Shown: in pieces, positions 23,459 through 37,552 of the stretch | How positions within the stretch are numbered: position 1 is the stretch's first letter | Layout of the letters: each line of letters starts with the position of its first letter | Assembly (NCBI GenBank): GCA_951406725.2 | Contig: OX597830.1 | Location: forward strand, 62,744,001-62,808,000 | Direction of reading: 5' to 3' | Length of the DNA stretch: 64,000 nucleotides | Origin: Octopus vulgaris | Taxonomy: Eukaryota | Notes under the pieces: model-generated | Told to the model about the DNA's origin: nothing | Databases searched by the model: none | Seen by the model: the letters and a program-made list of their open reading frames with translations, nothing else | Program-made: the position numbers and the translations under genes

Positions 23459-26015
23459 GGTGACAAGCTGGCAGAATGGTTAGCATGCCAGGCAAAATGC
23501 TTAGCGGTATTTTGTCTGTCTTTACATTCTGAGTTCAAATTCCACCAAGGTCAATAAAACAAGTACCAATGAAACACGGGTCAGTGTAATCAACTAGTCC
23601 CCTCCCCCAAAGTTCCAGGCCTTGTGCCTTTAGTAGAAAGGATTATTATTATTATTATTGGCATTAGAAAGTGGATCCATCTGTAGAAACCCTACCAAAG
23701 CAGACAGAGAACCTGGCGGAGCCCTCTTGCTCATCTGCTCTTGCCAAACCGTCCAACCCATGCTGGCATGGAAAAAAAGGAATGTTAAATTATTCCGCCA
23801 ACCACATTTCATCCATCCTTATGTTCTGAGTTTGAATTCTGCTGAGGTCGACTTTGCCTTTCAGCATTTTGGTGTTGATAAATTATGTACCAGTGAAATA
23901 CAGGGGTCAATGTAATCAACTAGTCCCCTCCCCTAAAATTTCAGGCCTTGTGCCTTTAGTAGAAAGGATTATTATTATTATTGTTAATCAATCTGCATGG
24001 CATAAAATGTGTCATGACGTCTCCAAACAATTTGAGCTGAAGAAAAAGAACGATAGAAGAATTATATCCTGCAATTAACAGACTCATTTGTCCAATCCCA
24101 GGCAAAATCAAAATCATTCAACGTCTCCATTGCGACTTCACAGCAAAATCCATTCCTGGACTCAAATTACATTCACGCATCCATCGCAAATTGATGCAGC
24201 TTATTGGCCTGCTTTTTTACAGTTTTTTTCTATTACTCTCTTTAACTGTGAGTCCTCTCCTTCAAACACTCCTATGTGGAAAGTGATGGAACCGACCATC
24301 ATCATTATTATTAAGGTGATGAGTTGGCAGAATCATTAGCACAGAAACATTAGCAGTACTTCGCCCGTCACTACATTCCCAGTTCAAATTCCGCTGAGGT
24401 CGACTTTGCCTTTCATCCTTTCAGGGTCGATAAATTAAGTACCAGTGAATCACTGGGGATCGATGTAATCGACTTAATCCCCTCCCCCAAAATTTTAGGC
24501 ATTTTGCTTAAAGTATAAAGGATTGTTATTATTATCAGTCTTGTGAGCTGGCAGAATAGTTAGTGTTGGAAAACTGCTTTGACAAGATTTGAACTCAGAA
24601 TGTAAAGAATTGTATCAAAAACTGCAAAGTAATTTTTTTGATACTTTAATGATTCTGCCAAGTCACTGTGGGATTTGAACTCGCAAAGTATGGAAACAAT
24701 TTATGTACAAGGCCATCAGTTTTGCAGGCGATAGGTTAACTGATGACATCAGCCCAACACATGACCGGTATTTTTATTTTATTGACCCACCTCCACCCAA
24801 GGGATGAAGGGCAAAATGACCTCATTGAGGTTTGAACTCAAAACATAAAGGGTTACATAACAAATATTCCTCACTCCAGAACAATTCCACCGATTTTAAG
24901 AGAGGCATATAACTGATAAAATCAACATCCTAATTTCCTTCAATACTCTTGTTTATTTTGCTGAATTTTGCGATGACCTCCATCAAGGTGTGTAACTCTG
25001 CTCTGCTCAGTTTTAACTGGTCGACAATCAGGTTCTACTCTGACTTTGCAGTTAAGTAAATTAAATGATTAACAGTTGGAAATGTATGAAATCTATCTCT
25101 GCATTTCATGCTGCTAATCTGATAATTCTAAAGTACAATACACAGAAACTTTCCCCCAACAAAAAAAACCATTCCAAAACTCACTATTATGGATATATAG
25201 ATCTGAAATAATAGCATAATAATATATACTTTTTATTTTTTTCTTTAATATTCTTGAAGAAAAAAGTTCTTCAAATAGATGCAGATATTGCTGTGTGGTT
25301 AAGAAGCACGTTTCGTAACTACATGGTCTCAGGTTCAGTCCCACTACACGACGCCTTGGTCAAGTGTTTTCCACTATAGTTCTGGGCTGTAGTGGAAGCC
25401 CACTTCATATATATATATATATATGTGTGTTTGCATTTGTGTTTATAACTGCTTGACAACCAGTGCTGGTTTGTTTATATCCCCATAACTTAGCAGTTTG
25501 GTAAAAGAAACTGAAAGCATAATAAGTACCAGACTTTAAACTGAGGTCAATTTGTCTGACTAAAAAAAAACCCTCAAAGCAGTGCCCCAGCTTGACCGTA
25601 GTCCAGTGACTGAAACAAATAAAAAATTGAACAACATGGACATCATGCTTTTCTTCTTTCCCAAATTTTCACCTCCATTTTTTTCTTATTTCTTTCCATT
25701 TTTTTCTCTTTGTTTTATTCTGCTTTGTTCTGTTTTTTTTGGGTTTTTTTTTGCTTGTTTGTCTTTTTAAAATCTAATTTAATTTGCTAATTCCTGAGAG
25801 AAGAATGGCTCACCTTATTATTCTATATTCATATTGAATTATAAATTTCTAGTTTTGGACTTCAGCAAACAGAACCTAAGGAATCAATAGTTGTTTCATC
25901 CCACCCTTGATGTTAGCAAACTACTGGCCCTGTTTACTATGAAGTGTGTGCCTGTGCATGTGTGTGTGTGTATATATATATATATGTGTGTATATATGTA
26001 TTTGTTAAGTGTATG

Positions 26016-26046
<31 letters not shown>

Positions 26047-26961
26047 ATGTATATATATTTGTGTATATATATATATGTGTGTGTGTATGTATATATATTT
26101 GTGTATATATATATATATTTGTGTGTATATATGTGTGTATGTATATATATATATATTTATATATGTATGTATTTATGTTTGTGTGTGTATATGTATGTTT
26201 CCAACCCATGCCAGCATGGAAAGCGGACGTTAAACGACGGCGATGATGATGATGTATATATATGTGTGCATGTGTATGTATACATGTGTGTTTGTGTGTA
26301 CATGTGTATCATCATCATCATCGTTTAACGTCCGCTTTCCATGCTAGCATGGGTTGGACGGTTCAACTGGGGTCTGGGAAGCCCGAAGGCTGCACCAGGC
26401 CAGTCAGATGTGGCAGTGTTACTACAGCTGGATGCCCTTCATATATATGCATATATTGCGTGGTCAACCACATTATGAAATGTTATACATCACTGGTCAC
26501 AATGCGCTTTGCACTGTTAAGCTTCCATGTGCACATATATTCATGTATACACACACACGCACACACAAGTTCATATTCCACTACATTCCAGTTAATTTTG
26601 AAATATGTGAGGTAGATCCTTTTCTTAATAAACATACAACTTTATCATAACCGTGTAAAGTAGACATCATCATATACAAGTCTAAGAATACAAGAAATCA
26701 ATCATATTGATCAGACATTTCCTTTTTCTGCCTTTGTGAAAACACAGCAAAACTAAAATTCTATGGCTGTTATCTCTTTTAGTGGTTTGTCCATTCCAGA
26801 GTCACCCCTTATATATCAAATGTTCAACAACTTACTGTTGTTTGTTTGTTTGTTTGTATGTATGTGTGTGTATGTATAAAAATATGGCAGAAAGTTTCCT
26901 GAGAGAATATTGGACCATTTTTGTTCCACTGGCATTAAAAAGATGATGTTCTTTAGATGTA

Positions 26962-27190
26962 TTAACCCTTTCGTTACTGTATTTATTTTGAGATGCTCTG
27001 AATTTCTCCCAATTATTATAAATATAACAAAGAATTTAGTAAAATAACATCGTTATCATTGAGCTAGTGTTAGGAATATAAATTGTGACTAAGGTTTGGT
27101 GGAAGATTTTAATTCAAAACTTATGAAAACAAAACATTTATACTAAAGGGCCAGAGCAGGTTTCAGCCAGGTTGATAACGAAAGGGTTAA
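26962..27190. mobile_element. piggyBac-type MITE
   Basis: TTAA-CCCTTTCGTTA..TAACGAAAGGG-TTAA terminal inverted repeats; homologous copies at 45674-45891 and 45904-46102. Confidence 0.85.
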
Positions 27191-28294
27191 ATGACAATTA
27201 AAAAATTGTTCCACTCAGGAGGTCATACCCACGAAAAATTTATCTGCACTAAAAGGGTTAGAAAAAAAGGCATGCATGTGTGTGTGTATACACACATACA
27301 TACACCTTATCATCCGTATATGTGTATGTTTATATGTATATCGATGTGTGTGTGTTTATATAAATGTATTGTGTGTAGAAATAAAACATATTTCATTGTG
27401 CAAGAGAACAGTATATGAGTGATGAAAATAAGGTTAGTTCGAAGACCTGAAGGAATTGTCCCTTAGATTATCTACAGGTACAGAAAGTTTTGAAATTTTC
27501 CAAGGATATGGAATCAAGTAGAATATTTACATTATTACATTTAAGAAATTTTTGTCTACTGCTTGAGCATGCTTGTTATATAGATAATTTGTGTGTGTGT
27601 GTGCATAGTATGGCTGAATGGTTAACAAGCTCGCTTTGCAATCACAAGGTTCTAAGTTCAGTCTCACTGTATGGTATCTTGGGCAAAAGTTGTTTTTTTT
27701 TATACTCCTTGAATATTTCCGATTACACAATCCTGCTTGTGTGTGAAATTGGGCTAATGGAAACTGTATGGAAGCCTTTTGGGTACATTGTACATATAAT
27801 TATAATAGGTGTATCCCTGTTACACCTTGTGTCATGCAGATAAATTGCATTAAGAGGAACTTAGTACTCTCAGCATTCATATGTGTGTAGGTATATATTT
27901 ATATATACCTACACACAAGGCACAGGTGTCTGGCTTACAGCTGTAAAGATCATGAGTTCAATTCCTGGTGACCTGTTGTATTCTTGAGCAAGACACTTTA
28001 CTTCCCATTGCTCCAGTCCACTCAGCTGGTCAAAATGAGTTGTACCTGTATTTGAAAAGGCTAGCCTTGTCACACTTGTGTCATGCCGAATCTCCCTGAG
28101 AACTATGTTCAGGTAACGTGTGTCTATGGAGTGCTCGGCCACTTGTACGTTAATTTCACAAGCAGGCTGTTCTGCTGTTCCGTTGATCGGATCAACTGGA
28201 ACCCTTGTTGCCGTAACCAACAGAGTACCTGTAATATATATTTATATATGTATATATACACCTGTTGATAGAAGTATTGTTTAATTGTTTATCT

Positions 28295-28745
28295 TATAAT
28301 AATAATGAAATTATTGTATACAGTGCTCAGGTGCACCACAACTTGTCAGAAACTGCGTATAAAGTATATGCCGTAATGTACAAATGTCTGGAAAGCAAAC
28401 AATGTATGAGTCAGATACATGCTTGTGTGTGTATGGAGGGTAGAAAATCAGGTGTAGTGTTGGCGATTCTCAGAAAGCATGGAAGTTTTGAAGGATGCAG
28501 TGCTCCAACAACTAACAACTGACGCCGGCAGTTTGTTCCATGCTTCAGCAACTCTCAGCGTGAAAAAATGTTTCCTAAAGTCATGGAAGGAACTGTGCTG
28601 TTTTCTGACTTTGTAAATATGTCCACGGGTGTTAGATGGGTGGAGTTTGAAAAGCTGCTCAGAGTTATTGTGTGTACGATGGTTAATAATTTTATGGGTG
28701 TCTGCCAAGTCAGCTGCCAGACGTCGGAGTTTCAATGTCTTAAAC
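28295..28745 (-). mobile_element. CR1-type LINE 3' fragment (second family); 3' tips of the same family at ~13290-13410 (+) and ~33570-33665 (-)
   Basis: LKLRRLAADL..NTRGHIYK..FFTLRVAEAWNKLP; shared 3' end GTGGTGCACCTGAGCACTGTATACAATAATTTC(ATT)n. Confidence 0.85.
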
Positions 28746-30287
28746 AATTCTGTATGTTTTCTATCATTCAATGTGTTTAGCCATGTCTGGATTATATCAG
28801 AGTACTATTTAAGGTAACTGCCTTGATTTCAGATGCCTGTTCCACTCATTTTGTAAAAATGAGTAATCCTGTAATCGACCAGCCTACTGTTCAGGGAGGA
28901 CTATATACACCAAAGAAACTAGAAAAATGGCCCTGCACCCCTTACAGAGTAATGAGGACCAACAAAGGGTTATCCACACACACACACATACATACACACA
29001 TGTGCACACACACATGCAGCTGTGTGGTTAAGAAGCTTGCTTTGCAACCATGTGGTTTTGGGTTCAGTCCCACTGTGCAGCACCTTGAGCAAGTGTCTTC
29101 TACCATATAGTCTCAGTCCAACCAATGCCATGTGGGTGAATTTGGTAGGCAGAAACTGTGTGAAACCCATTGTGTGTGTCTATAGATACATATGTGTGTT
29201 TGTTTATGTCTCTGTGACTTAGTGGCAATGCTCCAGCATGGTCGCAGACCATGACTGAAACAAGTATTTTGCTTGTTAATTAAAATATATATATAGACAT
29301 ACATAGGTGCAGGCATGGCTTTGTGGTAAGAAGTTTGCTTCCCAACCACATGGTCCTGGGTTCAGTCCCATTATGTGGCACCTTGGGTGAGTGTCCTTTG
29401 TAGCCTTGGGCCAACCTAAACCTTGTGAGCGGATTTGGTAGACGGAAACTAAGAGGTGTGTTTTGCCTTGTGTCTGTGTTTGTCCCTCACCACTGCCTGA
29501 CAACCAGTGTTGGTGTGTTTATGTTCCTATAACTTAGCAGTTCAGCAAAAAGTGACAAATAGAATGAGTACCGGGCTTAAAATATAAGTCCTGGGGTCAA
29601 TTCATTTTACTAAAGTTCTTCAAGGAAGTACCCCAGCATGGCCACAGTCTAATGACTGAAACAAGTAAAAAGGTACACACACACACACACACATATATAT
29701 ACATACATACATATAGATATATTACATGCATACACATATTCACACACACATACACACATATATATATATACATTTAGATTACTACATACATACACTCACA
29801 CACTAATAATGTGTGTGTGTATGTATGTATGTATATATACATTCATATATCCACATACAAACACAATGCTTCATATTTGATATTTTTCTTGAGGAATTTT
29901 GTTTTTTTGTAATGTCTCTCTCTCTCTCTTCTGCCAAGTTTATATCTTCTCAAATTGTTATTATTGCTGTAATATATTATATTATGCTACAATGTATTCG
30001 TGTTGTGTTGTCTTGTTTTGTCTTCTCATTGTAGCAACTGTGGTATTTGAAACATCCACACTTAGCTCTCACCAAACCAATAACAATGTGTGTGACAGTA
30101 GAAAGAAGCAGTTTAACTTATGCTAATGACCAACATAAATTAACATATTTAATTAGCAATGTGGTTTCAAATGCACTCGATTGGTCAGCTCTTCTTCACA
30201 GTGAACATCTCATACCATTGCAATTTATTCCTTTGTCTCTCAGGACTATGATACCAAAAGTAATATTTCTATGTATCTTCAGTACAG

Positions 30288-30317
<30 letters not shown>

Positions 30318-30318
<1 letters not shown>

Positions 30319-30715
30319 TAGCTGTATAGCCCAGCATTGCTCGGTTTGTTTTCTTTTTGACCCTTTAGAATTGGAATTTTTGAAAAGTAAAAATTTTGCA
30401 TTATGTAGCTTGCTATTCTCTTAAAGTGAACATTTTTCTGTTTGAAATACACAAAAAAATGGTGACACAGCAGTCAAAAAATCGTAAAAAATAGGGATTT
30501 TCATAGAAAAAAAAATCACCTTTTTGATGTAAATAATTTTTGGTCTTATCATGGTCCAATTTGAATTTTTTCTTCTACGGAATGAAGAGCAAGCCTTCTT
30601 CTATCATACTCTCAATTTTGGTCAACTTGCGCCGCAGAATCTCAGAGGAGATAGTGTTAGTTGAAGGCTACCAAACCTGCCACACACGCACACAGCCAAC
30701 TTCAGCTTTATTATA
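30318..30715 (-). mobile_element. Non-autonomous Helitron in a (TA)n tract; another 3' end at ~51070-51152 (+)
   Basis: CTAG terminus with adjacent CCGAGCAATGCTGGG hairpin similar to the 55229 element. Confidence 0.7.
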
Positions 30716-32156
30716 TATATATATATATATATATAGTTTTCATGTGAAGTTATTGATACATACACACATGTGGAATTACTAACTGAAATTCTAATATATA
30801 TCTCTTGTTCAATACACACACATGGACATACACACATATGTAAATGTTTGTTCTTATGTCAAGTTTATAATAAATACCATTTTACATTAAACTCCAGGTT
30901 AGCTCAATACTGTTTCTTTTTCCATGCTGGCATTGATTCAGGCAGAGAGCTATTTGGGACAGGATTTTGCAGACTGGTGCTCTTCCTGTTGCAAATCCTT
31001 TTTTCGTTTTCAAAGGGATTTCTTGATTGATCAGGTCTTCAAGAATGCAGACTGACCAGTTGCAATGTTATCAAGGGATTTGACATTCACGCTGCTTTCC
31101 TCAAGGAAACACAGATACTCGTACACACATCTAGATACATACTTGTATTTATTTGTATGTGTACATACACACACACACACACACATGTAAATGTGTGTGT
31201 GAATATATTCTTTTATTTGTTTCAGTCCTTTGAATGCGACCATGCTGGAGCACCGCCTTTAGTCAAACAAATTAACCCCAGGACTTATTCTTTGTAAGCC
31301 TAGTACTCACACTATCAGTCTCTTTTGCCGTACTGCTAAGTTACGGGTGTGCAAACACACCAATATTGGTGTCAAACAATAATGGGGGGACAACACAGAC
31401 ACACAAATACATATAAATATTTATACATACGACAGGCTTCTTTTAGTTTCCGTCTACCAAATCCACTCACAAGGCTTTGGTTGGCCTGAGGCTATAGAAG
31501 AAACTTGCCCAAGGTGCCACACAGTAGGACTAAATCCAGAACCATGTGGTTGGGAAGCAAGCTACTTACCACACAACCACCCCTATTCCTATATGTATAT
31601 GTAACACATATTTGTTTATTATATAAAATACCATCTTGTTTCTTTTATAAAAGTTGAATTTAACATTTGGGATATACTGTATGAATGAATGTGTTTGTGT
31701 TAGAGAGAGAGAGAGAGAGAGAGAAAGAGTGGAGTATTGTAGTTTTCTTGAAGCGTTACAAATCATAATAAAAAAACATTTATAAAGCTACAGGGATGCA
31801 GTTAAGAAAATATGAAACATTATGAAATCCTCTATATATATGTGTGTGTGTGTGTGTGTGTTATATATATATATATATATATATCACGTGACCGACCAGA
31901 CCATCAGATGTTACACATCACTGGTCACAATGCATTTGCATTGTTTTAGCCTTCGAATGATGCCACCCCACTGGCTAAGCGAGCAGGCCAACAGAAGGAA
32001 GAGTACAGCAGGAATCACCACCATCCCTGCCGGAGCCTCGTGGAGCTTTTTAGGTGTTTTCGCTCAATAAACACTCACAACGCCCGGTCTGGGAATCGAA
32101 ACCGTATTCCTACGACCGCGAGTCCGCTGCCCTAACCACTGGGCCATTGCGCCTCC

Positions 32157-32191
<35 letters not shown>

Positions 32192-32754
32192 TAACATATG
32201 TATATAAAACAAGCAATACTTCTCAAGTCACATTTTATACATACAAAAATTGCCTCCTAATTGAGATGGCATCAAGTTGTTTGTCAACACCCTCTGACCT
32301 CTGGCCCACAGAGATCTGCTGTCTCCTGTCTTTGCTTGTTTGTACTGCTACTACTGTGGCCTCTGCTTGTCGGAGCTGGTTGATCACATGTCACCTCCAT
32401 TCATGTATTCACATCTCTGTCATCTCACTTCTTGTCATCACACCATTCTTGCAATGCCCTCTGACCCCAAAATAAACCAAAACTATCTCCTTACCATAAT
32501 GGTCCTCTCGAGTTCCATCCCTACACATTTTTTTCTTGTATCTTGTTTGTCTTGCAACTCTTCCAAAGGAACATAAGCCAGTTTCATCTCACCAGTCTTA
32601 GAGGGCTTGCAAAGTCCATGGCATCTTCCTCTTTGTGGTCATAAGTTCAATCTCACTGCATGGCACCTTGAACAAGTGACTTCTACTATAAAACATCTGG
32701 CTTACCAATGCCTCATGAGTGGATTTGGTAGATGGAAACTATGTGGAAGCCTAC

Positions 32755-32787
<33 letters not shown>

Positions 32788-33920
32788 CATCATTGTGTTT
32801 TAAATCCAGGTTTTGTCCCCGTTAACAGAGGTGGTTGGATCTACTTCATTGCCACAGCAACTGAGGTAGGCAGGTGCAGCCCACCCCAACCTTTGGGCTG
32901 GCTGGTGCCCATTCTCCTTTGCTATCATGAGGTTTTCTTGGGGCTGGATTTTATATGGGGAGCATGCCCTTGCTTACCCCCAACCTCAGTTTCTAGACAT
33001 GAGCGGTCTCAAGACCAAGGCCTCTACAATTTTTAAGAAATGTGGTGGAAAACTAGCTCAGGAAAGCAGGGACGCTACTCCCTGAGACCCCTTTCAGAGC
33101 CCCACCACCACCACATATATATGTGTGTGTTTGTGTTGGGTTTTTCCCACCACCTTTTGACAACTGGTGTTGATCTGTTTACATCCCCATAACTTGGCAA
33201 GGGAGACTCAGAGAATAAGGACCAAACTTAAAAAGAACTGGGGTCAGTTTGTTCAACCGAGGCCTTCAAGGCACTAAACCCCCAGCATGGCTGCAGTCCA
33301 ATGACTGAAGCAAATGAAAAAATAAAAGATATATATATATATATGTAAAGAGTTAACACATACTTAACAACCCCGGTTGCCTACTGTGAAATATAAAATA
33401 ATTCTTTTCAGTTTATCGTACTTCGATAAACATTAAAAAAATCTACAACCTTCTGCCCCAATAAACCACTAGTGTTCTAGAAAGTCGTTTTTTTAAATAT
33501 TTTCTACAGATTGCTTGAAGCTCGCCTTGTTCCTACTCCTGAATCTGTGTACCTTACATTTATCTGTCTATAATAATAATAATGAAATTATTGTATACAG
33601 TGCTCAGGTGCACCACAACTTGTCAGAAAGTGCATACAAAGTACATGCAGTAATGTAGAAATGTCTATCTATATCTATATATAGAGAGATAGATATATAA
33701 AACCAACATTATACTTGTCATGTTTCATGCATATTAGCATAAGCTAAAATGAGAGATCCCTTCTCTCATTTCGTTTCCTTTCTGTTACTTTCATCACATA
33801 ATCACTTTTCCATCTTTTTTTTTTTTTGCAGTATCTCCATATTTTTATTCAATCTGTTCCTAAAATATGTTCATTCACAGCAATAAAGCCCCATCTTCCC
33901 ACTGTAAGCACCATGTAAGT

Positions 33921-34046
33921 CACCGTGGGTTACAGAGTAATATTTGTACTACATAACTCACTGTGGGTTACAGAGTAAGGTTTGTGCTATATAACTCATT
34001 GTGGGTTAGAGGCTAGTATATAACTCACTGTGGGTTAGAGGTTAGG
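33921..34046 (+). repeat. Degenerate 29-38 bp minisatellite, 4 copies
   Basis: CACTGTGGGTTA..TATAACT units at 33921, 33959, 33997, 34026. Confidence 0.85.
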
Positions 34047-34650
34047 TTTTAAAATGGAGTAGATATCTTTTATCTCTTCTTCCTAATAAACATTTGCTGC
34101 AACTGTTTATTTGTCATTTGTGTCACTGTCAGAACCACTGTGTGCAACTTTTGTTTTCAGTCCTTCAACAATTAGCCAGGAAACCCTTGACACTGGACAA
34201 ACCACAATGCGCTGTAACACAGGTACGTCACATAACTGGCACATCACAACACTCACAAGGTGCACCATTGGAATTTCACAACGCTGTTGACCAACAACAC
34301 AAATATGCCACAACAATGGCACAGTACAACACAGTAATGGCACATCACAAAAACAGGACCATCCAATGCTTGCATTCCTCAATACAGTCACACCACAATG
34401 TAGTCGACCCACAACATAAAGCAGGGTACATCCAGCAGTGGTCTGCTACATCCTGTCTTTAACAGTTACTGTTACCAATTAATAATCCATAGTAATTAAT
34501 ACACTATGGCTACTAATTACTATTCTATATTTACTAATAATAATCTATTGCTAATAAATGACCCGTAGTTACAAATGCACTATGGGTGCTAATTGATAAT
34601 CTATAGTTATTAATTAACTTATAGTCTATCTGTTACAAATAGTAACAGAT

Positions 34651-34866
34651 GGCACATAGCGTAGTGGTCAAGAGTGCAGGCTGCTAACCCCAAGATTCCG
34701 AGTTCGATTCCAGGCAGTAACCTGAATAATGATAATAATAATAAAAATAATAATATCGAAAAATCCCTTAGGAATGAGAACCCAGGTTCAAAATTTCCCC
34801 AAGACACCTGATGAAGGCTGGAGGGTATATCAGCTGAAACATTGTGTTAACAGCAAACAAGATGAG
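34651..34866 (+). mobile_element. tRNA-headed SINE carrying a minimal hammerhead-like motif (34803-34848)
   Basis: A box TAGCGTAGTGG 34657-34667, B box AGTTCGATTCC 34701-34711, (AAT)n linker, then GACAC-CTGATGA-AGGCTG..CAGCT-GAAA-CATT-GTGTT. Confidence 0.7.
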
Positions 34867-36218
34867 TAGTAAAGTTCATTCATTTCCTGAATATGTTAGA
34901 TACTTGTTTTGGGGAAACTAGTCATCATCATCAACAACCACCACACTCAGCAGCATGGCTAGGGGGGGGGGCGTGCGATCTGATGCTTTTAAGAGAGCGT
35001 CACTTTCGGGTCTGTTGTACAAATTAGAGTTAGGGGCCTGAGGGTAGGGGTGCAAACTCAAGGACTGCCCACAGTGGCTTTGCACTCAAGCTACATCATT
35101 GACCAAACTTTAAAAAAGTTAGAAAGGGAGCCTCCACATGATCACTTGTTCTACTAGAAATAGCAGCTAAGTTTCACTCACATTTCAACTATACAAAGGT
35201 TAAAAAAGGGACACGTCGAACAGGACAATGTAATTGTAGACACTATTAAAAAGAAAAAGGCTGGATGGGCATGGTGGGAACATTTTTGATCATAGGTCTG
35301 CTCAGTTAGGGATGACCTCAACATAACTCACTACCACAGCCAAGCACCATTGTTATGGAACTTAACTACAGTTAATCATGTTTCTGTGGAGTCCCATGGT
35401 GGGACTACAGTCAGGAATTGGTGGTTCACTGGTGCACACTAACATTTACCTATTATACACATCCACACACATAAGAAGAGTGTTTATAATTATGAAGAAA
35501 TGACAATTATAATGGGGAGTGTTGCAAAAACCCTTACATGATTAGAAATAGCAGTCAAAAACCACTATTTTCACTCGTATTATATCTCTTCAGAATAAAG
35601 CTGTTTGCAGACCTCTCCACTATAACTGATTTATTCATAATTATAAACACTTTTATGTAATTTATGATTGCATGTTTAGCCTTTGATATTCATAAATAAT
35701 TATTAATTGCTTATGAAATATCCTTCGTAATGTATTATTACATTCATTTTTTAATTATTTATATATATATGTGTGTGTATATATAAAGAGACAGAGAGAG
35801 GCTCAGGTACGGCTATTTGGGAAGCTTACTTCCTAATAACATGGTTCTGAGTTCAGTCCTACAGAGTGATACCTTGGACAAGCATTTTCTACTATGGCCT
35901 TGGGCCAACCAAAGCACTGCAAGTGGATTTGGTAGACAGAAACTGAAAGAATCCTATCATGTGTGTGTGTGTGTGTGTGTGTGTGAATCTTTGTGACTGT
36001 TCCCCCACTACTGCTTGGCAACTGGTGTTGGTTTGTTTACATCCCCATTATATAGCAGTTCAGCAAAACAACAATAAAATAAGTACCAGCCTTAAAAGCA
36101 GAGAAAGTATTGGGGTTGATTTATTTGACTAAAAGGCTTTAAAATGGTGCCCCAGCATGGCCACAGTCTACTGACTGCAACAAGTAAAAGACAGAAGATA
36201 TAATATGCACTACTAAAC

Positions 36219-36256
<38 letters not shown>

Positions 36257-37242
36257 TCGTACATAATTCTGTTTTGGAACAGTGACTCTTGAAGCACATA
36301 AATCTATAAATAATAGTGGGTAAGTATTGGGTAAAAAAAAACTTGGATAAAAATAGTTGAAGGTTACCCATGAGATTTGAACCCACATCTCTTGTAAACA
36401 TTTATGCATTAACAAATACATTCCCTTAACATTATGCATTCACACACACCTTCACCAACAGAAATGGGCACATTTATCAATCAATGCACTTACATCCCAT
36501 TTGTGTGTGTACATGTATGTGTGTGTGTGTGTACATGTATGTGTGTGTGTGTGTACATGAACATTGCATATGAATTGATCAATATCTATTGGAGCATACA
36601 ATCAGTTTTCTGATTAAATCTTCTCAAGAATAAAGTCAATCCTACACATACACACACACATATATATATATACACACATGTACATTTATTTCATTATATA
36701 TACAGTGAGACAGAAATATACATGTATATATGTGTGTGTGTGTGTGTATATTTGTAATGAGGTAGAAATCCTATGAGATTAATTTAAGCGTTAAGGAATG
36801 ATATGATTGTATGTTCTGATATGTGTTTCAATGGCTGGCTTTCGTTGGCTGCAATTATCTTTCTCTGGAGCCAGGAATAATGTCTCATGCCAAGTACGTA
36901 GTGTAATGAATGATCATATCACTCACACACACACACATATGATGGCCATGTTACCGTTTCCATCTACCTTATCCACTCACAACACTTTGGTCAGCTAGGA
37001 GCTGTAGTAGAAGACACTGGCCCAAGGTACCAGACAGTGAGACTGAACCTAGATCATATGGTTGGAAAGCAAACTTTGTAACCACATAGCCATGCCTGTA
37101 CCTACATTACAAGTTATCCTCCTATGACTATCTAATCCAAAACCCTAAGATTGTGCAGTGAATTCTTTACCATTTAGCCACACACACACACACACATGCT
37201 GGTGGGAAACAATGTATTTACAGTGTATTAATGAATGTGTTT

Positions 37243-37552
37243 GTGGAGGCATATGGCCCAGTGGTTAGAGCAGCGGACTCGCAGTTGAGAGATCGCGGGT
37301 TCGAATCTCAGACCGGGTGACGTGTGTGTTTATGAGCAAAAACACCTAAGCTCCATGTGGCTCCAGCAGAAGGTAATGGTGAACTTCTGCTGACTCTTTT
37401 GCCACAACTTTCTCTCACTCTTTCCCCCTGCATCTAGCAGCTCACCTGCAATGGACCGGCGTTCCATCCAGGTGGGGAAACTATACGCCAATGAAACCGG
37501 GAAACCAGCCCTTATGAGCCAGGCATGGCTTGAGAAGGAACAAACAACAATA
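37243..37552 (+). mobile_element. Full-length tRNA-derived SINE (family D); related copy at ~31885-32157 (-)
   Basis: A box TGGCCCAGTGG, B box GGTTCGAATCT, (AAC)n tail, 9-bp TSD AATGTGTTT at 37234-37242 and 37553-37561. Confidence 0.88.

Noticed and set aside
34000-34046. GGGTTAG telomere-like words
   Set aside because: Isolated words within a minisatellite, not a (TTAGGG)n array
34094-34462. 122-aa Gln/His-rich ORF
   Set aside because: No ATG start or recognisable domain; built of degenerate CACAA-type repeats
37246-37318. tRNA-like sequence (also 32085-32157 and 34651-34716)
   Set aside because: A and B boxes are present but acceptor and anticodon stems do not pair properly, and each continues into a SINE body
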